Made by a program: the position numbers and the translations under genes
In this document: piece by piece, positions 1 through 14,440 of the stretch
Numbering within the stretch: the stretch's first letter is position 1
Layout of the letters: each line of letters opens with the position of its first letter
Assembly (NCBI GenBank): GCA_013265495.1
Contig: MU058065.1
Span: 8,432,302-8,471,633 of the forward strand
Direction of reading: 5' to 3'
DNA length: 39,332 nt
Source: Vicugna vicugna
Taxonomy: Eukaryota
The notes under the pieces: model-generated
What the model was told of the DNA's origin: nothing
What the model saw: the letters and a program-made list of their open reading frames with translations, nothing else
The model's database searches: none

Positions 1-1479
1 CCCTGGGGAAAGAATCATCTCACATTACATAGTTACATTCCATCCTTTTATCTGTCAACAAATATACATCTTTCTGGCCCTTAGAGAACCAGCTTTTGAC
101 ATGAGGTACATTCAAGCTATTTTACATAATATCTCATACTCAGGGGGAACCTATAAATTCATACATATCTCAGTCACACAGAAGTTAGTTGGAGAACTGA
201 AGTGATGTGGCCTATCCTTCTCCTCCAGTTTCCTGTCTATCTTTTGACCATTTTAGCACTCTTCCTAAGTGCAAGCAGGGAAGGGACGAGGTGGAAATCC
301 ATGGTGTCCTCTTCAGAAGCTCCACGGAAGGGTTCGTGGAGGAGACACTCTTGTAAGTGGGCAACCTCGAATCCAGGAGTCTCTAAGAATTCAGGTTCTC
401 AGGTTCTTTCAACAACCCACAACTGCAGATAACAGATATCACAAATGATTGCACTGATGCACTTAAGAATACTGTGGGAGGGAAAAAGCCCTAAATTACA
501 AATGATCATTATCTGTACAGCCGTGGTCAAGAATTTTCTATTGTAAAACAGTAGTGTAATGGTGGGGGGTATTGAGGGAGGAGAAAAGGGACTAGAAAAA
601 GAAGGGTACTTGAGAATCAAAGCATCAGCAGTCAGAAAGAACACATTCCTGTGGTTCAGTGTTACCTCCTCTGTGCCAATAAGCTAAGAATAAGAAATAT
701 CACTGACATCAAAAACTAGAAGACAAGAAAATGTGCAGCCGCCTACTGGAGACTCCTGATGTCAAAGAGATCAGATCACAATACTCTCAGTATGACTCCG
801 CTACTATTAGGCCAGATAGAAAGGAATGACACCCATATTTTAGTTCATAATAACAGGCGAGAGGGCCAAGTTCTAATTAAGAGTAAAACTATCTATTGTT
901 GATCATGCTTTTGGCAACTGAATTTGAAAAATAGATAAACTGGAGAAAAGAGAAGGGCTTCTGCCTCCTGTGTCCCAGACAGAGATCTCCAGATCAATAC
1001 CAGATAAGCCGCTTTAAACTTGAAGGAGCACTTTGGGCTTGCAAGGGAAGTGAGTCTTGGCTCACAGAGGGCCTTAGTAAAGAGATGTCCTGGCAGAAGA
1101 AAAGTAGAAAAGTAATGAAAAAATAAATTTCTGGAGCTTGAGGCAAGAAAAAGAATCCAGGTTAGGACCATGATAGAACTAGTTGCTAACAAGAGGAAAG
1201 TCACATTTTCCCAAGGCTCTGCAAAAAGTCTGCTTTTGTGAGGTCACTAGAAAGAAAGCTCTGATCAAGTCCCAGATGGAGGTACAGAGGGACACCTACC
1301 ACCACAACACTAGCAATGTGCCAGCGCGCAGTCGCATTCGACATAACAGTTTGGTCTATTCATCAAAAATCCTATCTATAAGCACAAAGTCTGAGATGCT
1401 TGACCTTACAATGTTTAAACAAACAAACAAAAAACATGTCGGAAAGGAAGGCATTAGGAATCAGGAGAAACAGTGCTGC

Positions 1480-1625
1480 TAGGTAGAAAAATCCAGTACT
1501 TGAAGGAGACATGGATTTGGATCTCTGTACAACTTTGGAGGAAGTTCATTTGTTCCAGTTTTACAGTTTTTCCATCTATAAAATATGAATAATAATACCT
1601 ATTGTAACCTACATGCCTTCTAGGG
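1480..1625 (+). mobile_element. MIR fragment
   Basis: Core-like CAGTTTTTCCATCTATAAAATATGAATAATAATACCTA. Confidence 0.6.
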
Positions 1626-3813
1626 GTCACTTGTCCGTGTTATTTTCACAGGACTGCTTCAAATCCCCAATTCAGCCTAGAGGAAACACTGTTTTCCTAA
1701 GACAGGAGCAAATTCTCAGGAATTTTCTCTCAAGACCTCCGGTGCTCTCAGGTGCTTTCTCTGCCTGAATAATTCCAGACCCAAAACTCAGCCTCCTCAC
1801 CCGTTTCCCCGAATAGAGCACTCAAGCTGAGCATTCCCTAGTTTTTCTGACACTGCATATTTGCAGCCATGAGCTGGGAACATACTGTAGAACGCTGTGT
1901 ATGCCCTTGGTTAATTCATTCACTTCCTCTCTCCCTCTTACCTTTTCTCCTCATCCCCTCCTCTCGCTCTAGTCTTTCCACTTCTATGATGCTAGTAGCT
2001 TCCCCCTTCACTGAGCCCCAGCACTGGTGAACAACCAAGCCTGGGGACAAAGACTCACAGCCTCCGAAGTCTTTTCTCAATAAAAAGCACTACTGAAGTA
2101 TTTTCTCAATAAAAAATAATTCTCTTTTTCAGAAAATTCTGGCACCAACTGTTACAGCTCTCACATTTTTCCCACTTGCTCATGTGACTCTGCAGGATTG
2201 CTATGTGGGGTAAAAACTGAGACAAAGAGTATAATAAAGGGCCAGCACGATGACGTGAACTTAGTAGACAGTAACAAACTGGTGGCTGCCTTTATAATGG
2301 TGATGATGCTAGATTTAGTCCCTGCAGAGATCATGGGTACACCAACCAGAGAGACTAATCACTTCCAAAGGGACGACCTTTGACTTTAGCTGAGGTAACC
2401 CATAACATGTCATCAAAGGCTAAGAAGGCCTCAGTCTTTCTTCAGAAAGACAATAATCATGACAGATGACAGCCTGTTGACTTGTCACAGCAGTGCTTCT
2501 GCCCCCTTCCAAACACACAGTCACGATCTGCAGCCAAAGAGACAACACAGGTACAAATGCTGTGAAGGCCTCCTTTGATCAACACAATATATGAAGGAGA
2601 GAAACGCTGAAGTACTGTTTCCACCAATCCCTCTGAAAGCTGTCACTTTAATTTCAGATTTCCTTCTTCTATTTAGATGTAGTTTTGTCTTGTGTTAAAA
2701 TTAAAAAGGTTTTCTTCCATATGTCCATCCTTAACAGGGCAAAGAGCTCTTTCCCAATCTCAAAACACAAAACATACATACCCCACCTAAAAGAATGCAG
2801 ATTCCCATGAGGTCAGAGCTGGTCTTCCTGGGGAAACTCTCATAGGCTTGGACCCTGTATTCCCTCCAGCAGGATTTGGCCTGGTGGGTGATAAGCTCTC
2901 AGCTGGCTATGACTGCTCTGGGCAACAGCACAGCAGGTCCAGGCATCTTGCTGGGATTCACACATTCCAAGTAGTAAAGCATCTGAGACCTATGCTAGGC
3001 TCTACAGATGATTAAACTAAAAAAACTGCAGTGTTTCTAGGCACTTAGGGATCATTTTTCCCCCTTAAATGTCAAGAAGTTGGAAGAGAAAGTTCTGCAC
3101 ACACACTAACATAAACACTCACAGAGATGGCAGCTCGCAGACAGGCCTGACCCTGGGCAGCACTAATGAATACAACATTGCTATACACACACACCTGCAG
3201 GATTACAACTGCCAGCTGCTGCTCCTTAAAGGTGAATGAACAGGAACCTGAAGGTAGTCAAGTGAATGAATGTCAGTCCCAGAGACCCTCTATCCATCCC
3301 TGGAGGCTGTTTTAATATCAGCCCAAGCCTAGATGGAGTTCTAGGTTATATCTGATTTAAAAAATGTGAGGATGCAGTCAATTTCAGAAGGATCAAATCT
3401 AGGGGCAGCAGTAAGGTCTTTCTGAGACTACTGTCAAGAAGCTCAAACCCTTAGGAGAGAATAAGAATGATACGTCTCAGAAAACAAGCTAGGACACAAA
3501 AATGTTTTATTCCAAGTTCACTCACAAGACCTCAGAGAACTTCGATGACATGAAACTACAAGCTGCAAGGTTCTGGCCCACAATTTTCTTTACAGGGACA
3601 CCTACGAATTAGTTCTTCTCTATTTGGCAGCCCCATGCTGAGTTTACCCTCATGTGCTCATAATGTTGCCTTGGTGAGCTCACTAACAAGGGACAGTCAC
3701 AAAGATCTATCAGGAAAGGAAACTGCTATACAAGACATTATAACAAAAGACGACACTTATCAGTTACCCTAATTAACCATTTTTCTCTTAAGCGCAAGGC
3801 CCAAGGCGTATCA

Positions 3814-3921
<108 letters not shown>

Positions 3922-5320
3922 TCACTTCCCTTTTTGGCAGCCAGGCAAGACATGACAGCTTAATGTAGTATATTCTTATGAAACAGAAGCAAAGACAAAG
4001 TGAGGGCCCTTTCTATTCATTTTCATTTCCACATTTCCGTTAAAAACTAGTGGATTCCTGTGGCCAGAGGGCTGCCATCTGTCTGTCTGTTCACTTCCCT
4101 CTCCTCATGTATACGGACTTCTTTCCAGAGGGGGTCACAGGTATTACAACCCAAGGCAGTAGGCAGCCTGGCTTGGAGGCTTTATGTGGCAGACTTCCTG
4201 TGCATCCTGACACCCAGCCAATCAGGAAGGGGAGTAATCTGCAGCATGCGGTCAGCTAGAGTATCTGTGTCCTAGTAAGATGACATGAGAGATAACAGAC
4301 CGATGCTTTTTCACAGAGCTGTCTTTTCTGGGGGACTGCTGCTGACTCTGGCACTGAAGTTTTGGTAGAAAATTCAAATAGGCCCAAACTGAACACGTCC
4401 CGCAAAGTAAAAGCAGATCAGTGCTAGGTGGGACGGCATCAAAGATGCAAATCTCTGCCACGCTACATGGCACTTTCTAATCAGACCTCTGTCTTTCATC
4501 TTCCAGTCCCAACCTGGTTCAGCACACCGGGGAGAGGACAACAGGGTTTTGTCAGGGCTGGTAAACTTTGGTACAAAATGTACCAAAATTTCTAGTCTGC
4601 TCTGGTATAGCGGTCAGAAAAACCCTTAAATAAGGTAATGATTTTTTCCCTTTACTATGAAACACTGAAATAAAGACATTCAGCTTTTCTGACAGCATTT
4701 CTTTTTGAGGTGGGGAAAAGGCATGCCCCAGTACTACCTTTCCTAGTGTATTTGGCTAGTAAGGGACAATTTTTAAGATCCATGGATTCAAAATAATGCC
4801 TTTTAGAATAAGGCAAGATGTTCAAGTTCCAAAAAACTTCCTATTAAATAGAGAAGATCTTAAATGTCAAAGGTCACTTGTTTTGGGGAAATCCTAAACT
4901 AGTGAAACCTGCCATGAAGTTGTCTATTAGAAAATTAAAGAGTTACACTCTTAAAATATATGTATTTGGAGATTAAGACTTGTATCATCAACCCCCACTT
5001 ATCCTATCATTGTGACCAAACAGAAAGCCACAAAACAAAGCCACCAAAATAATCTCTACAGAACTGCTACCACTGAGATGTTCCATGCTCTATGTACTGT
5101 ACAGTGCTGTACATACTATGTATCATATAGCCAATTTTGTACGTAATTCACTGACAATAATTAAAGGAAGAAGGGAAGAAGTGTGGGACGGGCCTGTATG
5201 GTTTCTGTATTGAAAGGACCAGAGAAGGTGCTTCATTAAAGGACTAACAAAAATTGATGCAATCTCCCCCAAGCCCCAAAATTCTGAAAGAGGGGAACAC
5301 TCTGGAAAAGTTCTGCTTAC

Positions 5321-5414
5321 ACAGGTGACATTGCCTTCAACCAGGCTGGAGACACTAAAGGGGGCTTCCTCTTTCTCAGTCTTCAATTTTTTAGAGGTGG
5401 GTCCATCTTCACGG
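5321..5414 (-). CDS. XRCC5: Ku80 exon 15 (94 nt): [31 protein letters not shown]; contains the Ku80 NLS (GPTxKKLK)
   Basis: Acceptor TTTCTTTTCCAG|C, donor TGT|GTAAGC; NLS and FSVSSL motif conserved. Confidence 0.96.
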
Positions 5415-7749
5415 CTGGAAAAGAAATAAATTTATTTTCCCTCCTTAACAACACAAAATCCAAAACTGATGATGTGAAAAGTGTAAATTTATTGTTCAAG
5501 AATCAAAAATAAACAGCCACACTTAGCTCTCCTTTACAAACAGCTGCCTCCCCTTCCCAGCGTCTGAGCTCCTGACAGCCCTACCCTGGCAGCCAGGCTT
5601 TGTTTCCAGCAGTCCAGAAATCATAATTAGCAGCTGCATCACAAAGCCCTTTCAAATGACGAGACTTCAAGCACAGGTAATGGAAACTTAACATTTCAGT
5701 AAGAAACCCATTTACCCTTCAGCTATTATTTGCTAGTTTCCACCCTAGAATTGATAGCTATTAGCTTTCCTTGTATGTAGAAGACCTCTGTGTCTAACAA
5801 CCTATCTTCTCCATTGTGTGTCTGAGATCTTTATAAGTTTCCACTTACAGCTGTCAAAACTTACTAGACGATCCTTCATTAAATATGCAAGAGCTTGCTC
5901 TTAGAGAGGTCTTAAACTATATATATATAACCCAACACTTTCAAAAGAAAACTTGTAATTTCTTGTTTTATAAACCTAATTCTGTTTGGGCAATATGCTA
6001 ACAGAGTCCAAAAGCATCTATATGGTGAAGGAAAGCTGACTCCAAAGAAGTGTATTAAAACATCTTGCCTGAAGGCACATGCTGGCTTTAACAGCCTGCC
6101 TTAAAGTCAAGAGGAGGTCAGCTTAATTGCAAAGGAGAAGAAAATCAAATCCAAAGACTCTGCCCATAATCTCTCTTAAGCTGCTGAACACAGAGATATG
6201 AAGATTTTTCTCCTAGACAAATAATCAATCTGGGGCAAAAGCAACTGTCAAGAAATGGCTGAATGAGAAGGGAAATTAGTAACTAAGATCTAGTATTTCT
6301 AAATGTGATGTTTTTATTCAAAAGTTCAACTTTCAGACAGGCTTGAAGTAGAGGTTGTCCTAAAAATAAAGAAAAATAAGACATAAGCTGGTTTATTCAA
6401 TGATATTTCAATAATGAATCTCCTCTCATAGCTAGATGAAGGGACTAAAGGATTCATTACAGCCTTAAAATTTGAATTAAAAGTTCGACTACTTGGCATC
6501 TTTCCCATTCATCACTTGCCTTTTCCCCTTTGAAAAGAAAAGATAAGCAGAAGACAGAGGACAGGGGCCAGGAAGCATTGAAAGGGGTGAGTCATTCAGA
6601 GCTCTTTCCTTTGAGAAGAATAAGAATAAACACACAAAGCCTTGTTGGCAAAAAATGGGGGGGAAATGTACAAACCCCAAGGAAGCATGAAATTCCAACA
6701 GAATTTGAGTCCTTTAAAAAAAAAAAGTCACAGACATTTCAGTTAACCTTTGTCAATTCTTCCCAAGAGAGAGAAAACATGGTTCTGCTGCTAATTTGGG
6801 GATAAAAGACCTGGATTTGTCTGTTTTGTCACTGGCTAGGCCTGGAATGTTACACCTTACCTTCTTGAAGGTATTCACAGTGTATTAATTTTTGTTTATC
6901 TAGAGTTTAGGGTCTAGTAGGTTACTGTCCTCTCTCATCTTCAGCTTGCTCCTCAGGACAACACTACGATGAAAAGTATCAGGACTGTATCAACTATTCA
7001 CCTATTCTCTCCCCAAAATACAAATTCACTTACACAGTGGTATTCAGGAGCATTAAACATACAAAGCTATGCTAAGGTCTGTGAGAACTCAGGGTTGAAC
7101 CCCATGAAGCATTTCTTAAACCCTTCAAGATAGGATTCTAGGGAAGGAAGGATAAGGAGACATATATACTAATTCTCCAGAACTGAGCAGGTGAAGGCAA
7201 GCCCAGAAATAAGCAGAAAGTAGTGAAAACAACATATTTAATAGTCTTAAGACTGAATCACTTAATAGCATTATTAGGAGTTTTACCTACATTAAACTCA
7301 CAATGTCTATTTGAGGTTCGAGAGCGCAATGGCTCTCATCCCTGAACTATCTACGAAGGACCTGCGCCCTGGAAGGTACAGGGTCTGTACCTTCTGTACA
7401 GGGTCACAAAAGTTAATAGAAAATCAACACCTTCAAGACGTTCAGCCAAATAAAAAAGATAAATATATAAACAGGCAATTAACAAATATTATGGTAAGCA
7501 CCATATTCCTTTGAGAGGATAGCAACTAGCTGTACTGGGCTGGGGAATGACGTGCAGGCTGGGAGGTAGTGAGAGATGAGGATGGAAAGTATCTAAATTG
7601 TAGGCGTACAAACTGTGGGGAAAGAAAGTGGTTCTCCAGGCAGCTGGATTACAGATAGATACTTCTTTTGCTTCTGCTTATCTGGGTTTTCTTATTTGTG
7701 TCACAGAGTTTGATCTCAAGCTGAAGGTAATGGGAAGCCAGGAAAGCAA

Positions 7750-7891
7750 AGGTTTTTAATCAGGGATCCAAGGATGACGTCAAGAAATTTGTGAACTACT
7801 TGAAATTACATGCAAAACTTATTCTGTGAGGGCATTTTCCTGGGGAGAGAGTTCTTAGTTTTTTATCTGATGATCAAAAGGGTCCAGTGCA

Positions 7892-7924
<33 letters not shown>

Positions 7925-7965
7925 AAACACAGAAATGAAGGAAGCTAAAACTAAAACTAGGGTTT
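7750..7965. mobile_element. hAT-Charlie MITE (MER103-like) containing a microsatellite
   Basis: TGAAATTACATGCAAAA...CATTTTCCTGGGGAGAGAG...AAAAGGGTCC resembles the recalled MER103 consensus. Confidence 0.55.
7887..7930. repeat. (GC)n(CA)n compound microsatellite
   Basis: GTGCATGCGCGCGCGCACACACA... read directly. Confidence 0.95.
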
Positions 7966-10157
7966 CAACAGGTTCAGCATGAATAGCAGATCTTCTCAAA
8001 TGTTCAATGCTTTTATTGATAATGATAGTATTATTGCCTCAGGTTTCAACTATTGTCTTCCCTCCAAATAGTTTAAAGTGCTTTAATATCTGTAATTTTA
8101 TTGTTATAATATATCTTGTGATGAGACTGTTTTTAGATGAAGAAACTTTCATAAAGGTAAAATTATTTAGCCAAAACCAGATCAAGAGCTGGAATGAACA
8201 CTAGTGATTGCCAGCTCAGGGCCCTTGTCGTGGACTCTGACACCTCCTGAACAGACATCTGCTCACTCCCCTGTCTTCACCCTTCACTCCAACACTGGAA
8301 ATAGGTACCCTGGATACAGGGATGCTGTATATACACAAAAACATAGCTAGTTGTTAGCAATTTTTTTCCCTTAGGGAGACCACCTCTAAAGCTGATTGGA
8401 GCCTTATCATAAAAACTAAGGGGTATAAGAAACCTTGCAGAACGGACTGAGTCATTCTTGAATATAGGAGGTACTCAACAAATATTTGTTAAGTGCGTCA
8501 TTTCTGCAGTTCTTAAAAACCAAGATTTCTGAGAAGGAAGAGTAAAGAATAGGAATGTGAGTAGGTGTGTGTGAGCAAGATTATTCTCAGGCCCCAGGCA
8601 GATAATCTGGCTGTGTCGCATGAGAGCAAAGAACAAGAAGCCCAGCAAGCTCAAGCTTCCAGAAGGAGTGAGAGGCAGGAACGGGCTGAAAGTGTCATCA
8701 CAGCAGGGATCAAACCACACAGCGACAGCCTTCCAGCCTTCAGGGACTGGGTGGTGTGTTCTTTTAACCAGCTAATTTACATTTTAATCAACAAAAGGAG
8801 GGGAAAACGGCCCATTTCTTTCCCACAATGCCAGCAGGTAATCAAGATCACTAACTGGAGCTGTAACATTCAAAAAGAGAATAGCCATATGATGGCAGTG
8901 AGACCACAGCAAGTCTGTCATGGGAAGAAATGGACTCAGCATTTTACTGAACTGTTCTCTAAGATACGAATCCAGAGGAATACAGGTAGATGAGGATGGC
9001 GGGGTAGGGGAGATTTTTGGTGATAGTCTTCCTGTGTAAAAGAAGGCATGACAGACTAAAAAGAAACATAAAAGTCTCCAGGATGTGTTAGAAATGCACA
9101 TGATAGAATCTTTCTATCAATCCTATGGTTGTTTTTTTCTTTTTTCAATTCTGACAAAGCTTGTGGTATTAAGCTCTAAAAAGCCACAGAAAATGCAAGG
9201 TTTAATTTTCAACTTGGAAGATAATTCACTAAATTAACAAGTTATAGAACCCTGTAAAGGTTTCTGGAAATTATTCCATACTGTTCCAATGGGGTATTTA
9301 CAAATAAAAGCTTTACTTTGTCAATAAAGATACAGCTGTGGGAAGGAAATCAAAGAAAAAGGAAATAAAAATTATGGTCTAAAACTGGATCTCAGAATGC
9401 AACCTAAAGAAATGAGTAGATCATTTTGATTTTGGGGAAAAGCCACCAATAATCAAACCTAACCTGGTAAAATAGACCCAAATGATTCTGGATGAGAACA
9501 ACTTCTTATGGTTTGTTTTTGTTCTGCTTTGAATGGAAATTGCTATAGTTTTGAACAGAATTTGAAGCAGAGAAAAAAAACCTTAATAGCTACCTGAAAG
9601 CTTGAGTTAAGGATTATATGAAAGGCATTTTAGAATCCTTATACTACAAACACCTCACTAATGGTATAACCAAGTACATCACCAACAGGGTAACAGCACA
9701 GCTACAGAGGGTCCAGGGTTTTCGTTCTCCTTCCCATTTTCCCTCCACAAATCTCACTGATATTCTCCTGACGCCTTACCTCCAAAATGCAAATCTTTCT
9801 GACCCAACTCCCTCTCCTCTCACCCGCAGCACCTTACTTTAAAACTAGTATAATGTAGTCTCAGACATTCAAAGACTGTTTATTCTTCCTATCTCTGTAA
9901 TTCACCAAGAATCTGATGCTGATCAACAACCTACAAGGCAGCTCTAAGTTCCAGGTGAAAACGAGGATAAAATATATCCACAATGAACAGAAATGAGAAA
10001 GCAGTATTTTCAATGCAAGGGTCAAAAAGCGTAAGGTTCCTTCCTCCTACCCTTGTAATTCCACAAACCCAGATGCAACCCTCAATTCCAGAGCCCCTCT
10101 CAGGCTATCACCAATCTTAGGACTCCAATGTCACATGTAACTCCACCCAGTACTTAC

Positions 10158-10354
10158 ATGTCTTGGAAAATGTCCTGTGCGGTCACTTGGTCCTTTCTCT
10201 TGATGACTTCAGTCAGAGGGAAAAGGGCCTTTATTTTAGAGAGAGGATCCTGACAGTTAGCAGTCACTTCAGCGGGGGGATCCAGCATATTCAAAATGTG
10301 CTGTTGAATTGGGGGCAGAGGCTCCTGGGGATGTAGAGCTCTGTGCAGCAGACA
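10158..10354 (-). CDS. XRCC5: Ku80 exon 14 (197 nt): [65 protein letters not shown](I)
   Basis: Acceptor CTTTTCCACAG|TGT, donor AT|GTAAGT; one codon longer than the recalled human exon, frame preserved. Confidence 0.97.
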
Positions 10355-10879
10355 CTGTGGAAAAGGCAGAAGGATTTTAAAATGCAGGTGCAGACATCAC
10401 ACACAGCTTCACCTCGCTTTTCTGATCAGGGGTCCTCCATCTCTAGTTTGGGAGGGCTATGGGATTCTTATGTGTAAAAGATAGCAAAGAGGGTGGAGCC
10501 AGAACCACCATGGTTAGCAGGGCCTTGGTAATGTCTAAGAGTGCCTAGCAGCATGGCTGGCTGAAGCCCACCAGGAAAGGAGCCTCATCTAAGAAAAAGA
10601 CGCTGCTGCTTTAAGTACTTGGAGGATAGACAGGTTCCCTGAGACACATAATTCCAAGAACCTCTGACAATCTGGGATTATAACTTTTTGGTTTTAATCC
10701 TTTTAGCCCCACCTTCAGCATGCTGTGCTTTCTCCTATGCATAATCAGAGAAAACAACATACAATGGGTGACTGGGAAGGAGAGGAGCCCATGCTCAGAG
10801 AGTCCCAGGAAGGACTCCATGGAAGAGATGAGACCACAGCTCTGTCCCAAACCTCCCCCACGTGCTGGGTTTGGGCTGC

Positions 10880-11568
10880 CCTCCCCCGTCCACTTACTTT
10901 GTCCATCTCCACTCCCCCCACTCTTGTCCAGGCACCAGCACTCCCAGGTAGGCTACCACAATCACCTCCTAACTGGCCTCCCTGCATCCACTGTCACGGC
11001 TCTACTGTAGTAGGTAAAGTCATCTTAAAACGAGCTCCTTTCCATGTCCTAGAGTCAACCGTAACACAGCCCCTGAATCCTCCCTTCTCCCGTCACCTGC
11101 CACCCACTCACCACCTCCTCCTTACTCCCCAAACCCAGCGAGACTGGGATCCTCCTGTTTCACTCACATGCCAAGCTCACTCCAGACTTGGGTCCTGTGC
11201 TTAATGCTCCATCTGCCCATTCTGCTTTCCCTTAGATCTCAACAGAGTTGGCCCTTTTTTTTTTTTTAAATCACTCTGCTCTTTGCTCAATTATCGTCTC
11301 TTCTGAGAGGCCTTCCCTGACACTAAATGAAGAAGCCCCTTACCCTCACCCTACTAGTCATTCTCTATCATGAACCTTGTCATATTTCTTACAGTATTTA
11401 TCATTATCTAAAATTATCTTATCAATCTTTGAGTTTACTTGTTTATTACCTCCATTCCCCTCCTGAAAGTAGAGGTCTTATTTGTCTTGTTTACTGCTGA
11501 ATGCTAAGTACCAAAAATTGCATCCAGCACACAATAAGCACCTAACAGGTATTGGCTGAATGAACAAA
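10880..11568 (+). mobile_element. L2 3' fragment
   Basis: CTCCTAACTGGCCTCCCTGC, AGAGGCCTTCCCTGAC, TGTCTTGTTTACTGCTG and the terminal ...CTGAATGAACAAA. Confidence 0.75.
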
Positions 11569-13189
11569 GTGCTCTTTCTCAGAACTCCAGTTGCTGACAG
11601 AGGTTATCAGGATGTAGCACCAGGAGTGGGGCCAACATCAAGGCCAGAGCCAGGTTCTCCACTGCTCACATGAGTGGAAATCTGGACGGCAAGACACTTC
11701 CACTCAATCATCGATACTGCTTTCAGACTACGAAACCAGGCTTTGGCAGTACTGCTTTCTTCCCAGAAAAGCAAATACGCTAAAAGGAGTATAGGAAGGT
11801 AAGCAGCAAAGGATGAACTAACCATTAAGAAAAAAAAAAAAATGAAACTATCAAGTCACTGATGTTTTACTTCCCTTACCATCCTTGCTAGAGGATAATC
11901 CCAAAATTAGGTCAGAGAACAAGGCTCCTATTCCCACCTTTAAACAATTTATACATTTGGTAATTACTGTTTCGTATCACAAGGTATACGGTTTATGCTA
12001 CCCCATGGACTGTTTTCCTACCCTGTAGAAAAGGTAAGCTAGATGTCTCAGTTCTAAAAAAATAAAGATACTTAGGCTTAAGTAGTAAATATCACCCAAG
12101 AGTCAACGGTCAACAAATTCAGAAAACCCTGTGGTAGGAATTAAGTACCAGTTTCCCCTAGAAATTTCACGCACTGCTCCCTGATTTCAATACACCAATC
12201 CCAAGTCCTCCTCCTAGAGAATTCATCTGTTTCAGAGTCTGACTCCTGCTTTCCTCTCTCCTAATTACTCCACTTTCCCTGGAGCATCAATGACATTAGG
12301 CCTGTTTCATATGAAGCAAAAGTGGGAACCCAAATAATCCCAAACCCTGTGAATCTACCCCAGCCTTCTCGTGCATAATTTGTAATCTTCAGCACTCACC
12401 CTCAGTCATTAAATACCTAAAACAGCTTGGAAAGCCCTAAAGATGTAAGCAGAAGTCAAACACCTAACAGAGGGGACTACCTCTCATTTACTCGGGAAGA
12501 TTCTATTTGTGATATTCAAATGACATTTTTGGGAAAAGAACTAGAACAAACAATGGATAAATACCTTACCCAGACTCCCTACTGAAACACACTCTAGATT
12601 TTCAGTATGAACTCTCAGCAGTACTTTCAAACAGTGTCACCATCCATAAGCAGTAATAAGGGACCCACAAGAGATGTTCTAAAGCATCAATCTCTCATAT
12701 TTTCTCAAAGGTAGAAACATTTTAGATAAAGCTAAGTGGGATATTCACAAAACTCAATGAAAAAATCCCAATTCATTAAAAAAACTTTATGAAAAAGTGA
12801 CACTTTTTAGTAACTGAGAAGCTGAGATCTCAGTCCTCAACCTACTTAACTTCTCCTGTCAGCAACCATTATTCTTTGATGTAATTTTTACAATTTGAAA
12901 AAGACTAGAGAATAAACTGCAGGCCAAATGACTAGCTCATAAGTTACTAACACGTTGATTTTGATTTTAGCAACATGGTATCAATTATTATAAAGGCAGT
13001 GTTAACTGTACACTTGACAAAAAACGCATTTTTCAGCATTTCTTTCTAAAATGGAATTAACCTCTTGTCAACAAGTTGATTACTAAATCTCTCCCTCCCT
13101 CTGCCTCCTACTCTTCACTCATTTACCCTGAGCTATAGATATTTCATTTAATAGGGGAAAAAAAAGTCTTCCTGGGTCCTCTCTCTTCA

Positions 13190-14440
13190 TCAGTAATGCT
13201 CTCTCCTCTGGGCCGTGTAACCTGGCTCCCACCCCGTTCCTCTACTGCCACTGGGCCCTCAGCGTCATCAAAGACTTTGCTGTCAGTCCCAAAGGCCCTT
13301 TGCCAGGCTCAGCCCTACTCACCATTGCACAAGGTCTGACTTGCGACTCCTTCCTTCTGATGCTCTTCCCTCCCTGTGCCTTTCGAGGCACCAGCTTCTC
13401 CTATTCTCTCTCTCTCTCTGAACTTTTTGTGGGGTGGAGGTGGGGAAAGTCTGTTTCAGTTCTTAGCAGCTCTTCTTCTTCTGTCCACCCCTAGCTGTCA
13501 GTCCTGCTGGTGTTCAGGACTCTGTTCTGTCTCCTTCTCAAGCAACAGACTCCACCAGGTGACCTCATTCACTTCTGTTTCTATCTAAATGAGGAGGACT
13601 CTCAAATCAATATATTTAGTCCTAAATCCTCTCCTGAGCTCTGCATCCCTATTTCCAACTTCCTACTGAGTGTCTGTACTGGGACAGCCACCAGATAACT
13701 CAAATTTAACACTTGCAAGAATACATAAGTTATATTTCTGTCTGTTCATTCTTTATGCCTTGTCATAATTAATGGTGACATCATTCTTCCAGCCATCCAA
13801 GCTAGCATCCTGTTATCTTCAATTCCTACTTCTCATCAACCACCACCCAATCCCTCAAGTTCTATCTACTCTACCTTCTAAACGTTCTCCTCTCCACTCT
13901 CTGTCACTGCCTTAGTTCAAGTCTTCGTGTGGGCCGCTGTAGGGTTCCTAACCAGTCGCTAGTCCACCTCCCACGCCATCATCAGAGCTATCTTCTAAAA
14001 CTGTCACCCATCTGCTGACAAAATCCTTCACAGTGATTACCCACTGCCTATAGGATAAAATCAGAACTACTGGCTCTTCATGACCTGCCTGCTACCTACC
14101 TTCCCTGCCATCTTTTCCCACCATTTTCCCATAGGGTCTATTCTCCAGCCAAACGGAACTATTTGTGGGTCCCTAAATATATCACAGTTCTTCATGTTTT
14201 CTTGCTTTTGCATATGCTACTTCTCTCGCCTGGCGCGCCCTGGTCACATCACACATACATCTCCTTCACTCCTCAATGAGATCTTCCCTAAGTCACTCAC
14301 TTGCAAGAATCTCCTTCCTCCTGTTTCCTTGGTTTTATGTCTCACTATTGCTCTCACTCCTCTGGATGGGTCCTTTCAGGTAGTGAGCTTTTAATATTTT
14401 TAGCACATGGTAACTGTTAGTACTCAGTAAATATCTGTTT
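13190..14440 (+). mobile_element. L2 fragment (degenerate)
   Basis: GACTCTCAAATCAATAT...CTCTCCTGAGCTC, CCCACTGCCTATAGGATAAAATC and a terminal TACTCAGTAAATATCTGTT. Confidence 0.65.

Noticed and set aside
5094..5116. Small inverted repeat TGTACAG-TG-CTGTACA
   Set aside because: A 7-bp stem is too short to support an RNA gene or MITE call.
8565..9101. 142-aa (+) and 105-aa (-) ORFs in intron 14
   Set aside because: No similarity to known proteins and no supporting splice or promoter context.
10158..10354. Exon 14 is one codon longer than in human
   Set aside because: As recalled, other non-primate Ku80 proteins (e.g. mouse LTEVIKKK) share the extra residue, so it is not lineage-novel.
10611..11204. 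Overlapping 79-159 aa ORFs
   Set aside because: They largely overlie a C-rich L2 relic, have Pro/Ser/Leu-biased composition and show no recognisable domain.
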